39,231 bases of DNA, taken from NCBI RefSeq assembly GCF_001194135.2, contig NC_068988.1, positions 60,274,822-60,314,052 of the forward strand, in the 5' to 3' direction. Positions 37,085 to 39,231 of this stretch are shown one piece after another (position 1 is the stretch's first letter; each line of letters starts with the position of its first letter). Under the pieces are notes generated by a model, which saw only the letters and a list, made by a program, of their open reading frames with translations, ran no database searches and was not told the DNA's origin. The position numbers were made by a program, and so were the translations under genes. Origin of the DNA: Octopus bimaculoides. Lineage: Eukaryota.

Positions 37085-38265
37085 TATCCAAGCATTCCAT
37101 CAGCTTTTCACTCAGTTCCCATGGAGATGGACTACCTGTTTTTGGTGCGCCAACTTCCGTATCCTTCGAGTGAGATGAGGAAAGTGGTGAGGAGGAACCA
37201 GAGAAGGATGACAGTGTTGGATTACAGAGTGACCCAAATTTTGATGAAGCTCACTCCTTTAGGCGACATCTCATAACATTAGGGGAACTCCATGACTTTG
37301 TCAGGCATCTTCAATTACCCAAGAATAAGACGAAGCTGCAAGGCTTTTGTCTTCAACAGTAGAATCTCCTAGCAGCTGATGTGAAAATTTCAAATTTTTG
37401 CAACCGTCAGCAACAGTTTTACGATTTCTTTGTAATAGAAAGTGATTTAGTGACCAGCAACATTATTAATGGTCTGATAAAAGCACTTGGCATCGAATAC
37501 AAACCCAGACACTGGAGGTTGTTCACAAATTCACCAAAACCTAGTCTGAAAGATGTTTTGGTGCATAACAGCAATAGCGAACCGTCAGTTCCTGTGGGTA
37601 ATGCACCACACATGAAAGAAACTTATGAGAATATAAAGCATATGTTGCAACACATAAGATATGATGAACATCAATGCCAGCTCTGTGGTGATTTAAAACT
37701 TGTTGCTCTTGTGATGAGCTTGTAGGATGGATACATCAAGTATTGCTGCTGTCTATGTGAATGGGACAGTCGTGCAAGAGGTTCCCACTATATCAGGAGA
37801 GACAGACACCTCACTAATCATTGGAGCCTGAGATGAAAATGTTCAATACCCACCTCTCACTGAGCCAAACAAAATTTTGCCTCCACCACTCATGAAAAAC
37901 TTTGTAAAAGCTATGAACAAACTTGGTCAGGGATTCAAGTATTTAACATCAAAGTTCCCCACAGAGCGACGTTTTTATTGGTCCTCAGACTCGAGAGTTT
38001 CTTAAAGGCGGTGACTTTGCATCAGTCCTTTATGTGGAGGAGAAAGCTGTTTGGGAAGCATTCAAGTTAGTGGCAAAGGGATTTCTCGGAAACAGAAGGG
38101 AAGGAAACTATAAAGAATTGGTGGAAAACCTTATCAAGGCTTACAGGAACACGAGATGTAATATGCCACTTAAACTTCACTTTTTGGACTCACAGTTAGA
38201 CTCTTTTCCAGCAATAGGACAGTTAATGACGAACTTAATGAAAGGTTTCACCAAGATATTTCAAC
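37085..38265 (+). mobile_element. Degraded DNA transposase, probably CMC/Chapaev-3 type
   Basis: YPSIPSA..VP, CGDLKLVALV, YIKYCCCLCEWDSRAR, MKNFVKAM, FLGNRREGNY, LKLHFLDSQLD, ERFHQDI in shifting frames with stops. The Chapaev assignment is from recall of these motifs. Confidence 0.75.
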
Positions 38266-38939
38266 ATATTTACATTTTTTAAAATATGTCATATCTTCTG
38301 ACTTTTTTTATGCAAGCTAATCTCTGGTAATAAATTATTGTAATTTATTACCCTCATACTTACGATATATATAGATCNNNNNNNNNNNNNNNNNNNNNNN
38401 NNNNNNNNNNNNNNNNNNNNNNNNNNNNNNNNNNNNNNNNNNNNNNNNNNNNNNNNNNNNNNNNNNATATGTATATATATACATTTATTTACATTTATAT
38501 ATATATCCATATACATAGACATACGTTTATATCTCTAGATAGTATAGTTTCTACATCTATATCATATAGTAAATTAAGATTCTATCTTGATGAAACTTTG
38601 CCAAACTGGTGGATTAGAGGAGACGTTCTGTTAAATATTCTAGGCTTGACCTCATATCCCTAGACTTTCTTATGGAGTGTATGAACGATGAATTTTAAGG
38701 TAAAAAATCGTAAACATTCGACAGATTACAGGCAGCCATTGAACGTGCGTGTGCACAAATACTAAACGAATATTTCTTGATGCTTGCCATTCCATTAATT
38801 CGTGTTATCTGCTTGAAACAGAGACGGAAATCAAGCGTTCATAAAAGAAAAATAAACAAATAATAATTTCTGTCTCTAGAGTTTATTGCACTTCGAAAAT
38901 GAAATGCATTCTAATCAACACCGGCTGTATAATTCCTTT

Positions 38940-39110
38940 TATTTTTACCTTTTATTTCACTCATTAGATTGTAGCCATGCTGGGGTACCGCACTGAAGAA
39001 ATTTTACACGAATAAATCGACTCAATACTTAATTTTATTTTTAAACTTGGTACTTATCGTATCGTTTCTTTTGTCGAACCGCTTGGTAGCAGGGACGTAA
39101 GCACTCCAGT
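38940..39110 (-). mobile_element. SINE 3' portion
   Basis: TCATTAGATTGTAGCCATGCTGGGGTACCGC..GGTACTTATCGTATCG..GAACCGC matches 16922-16990 and 33521-33590. Confidence 0.68.
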
Positions 39111-39141
39111 GTGTGTGTGTCCATTTAGCTAGCTAGCTAAC

Positions 39142-39193
<52 letters not shown>

Positions 39194-39231
39194 CGTAGAT
39201 ATATAGAGATATACATAAGTATGAGTGTATA

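Overview
This is AT-rich, microsatellite-dense eukaryotic draft-assembly sequence with ten N gaps. It is most likely intronic/intergenic DNA of a coleoid cephalopod such as Octopus; that is an inference from the tRNA-derived SINE families and the repeat landscape. I recognise no intact multi-exon gene, rRNA, tRNA or CRISPR array, and most ORFs in the supplied track are microsatellite or N-run artefacts. The window is a transposon graveyard. It holds eight degraded Tc1/mariner-superfamily copies (mariner DD34D, DD37D, DD41D), a Chapaev-type transposase remnant, two RLE-type non-LTR 3' remnants, an L1/Tx1-like ORF1 remnant, a hAT MITE with a perfect 8-bp TSD, two Helentron-like non-autonomous elements, two foldback MITEs and several SINE families. 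The best host-gene signal is at 28.9-29.6 kb: a tandemly duplicated TATA/Inr-like module, then an ATG exon encoding a signal-peptide-like sequence (MFAPTVQKIVFCLKFICWTFFVYFLHVAG) ending at a GT donor. No previously undescribed biological system is strongly supported. The most worthwhile leads are that candidate gene start, a (TAA)n tract shared by three unrelated mobile-element classes, and a near-perfect 201-bp hairpin. Element boundaries without TIR/TSD support are approximate.
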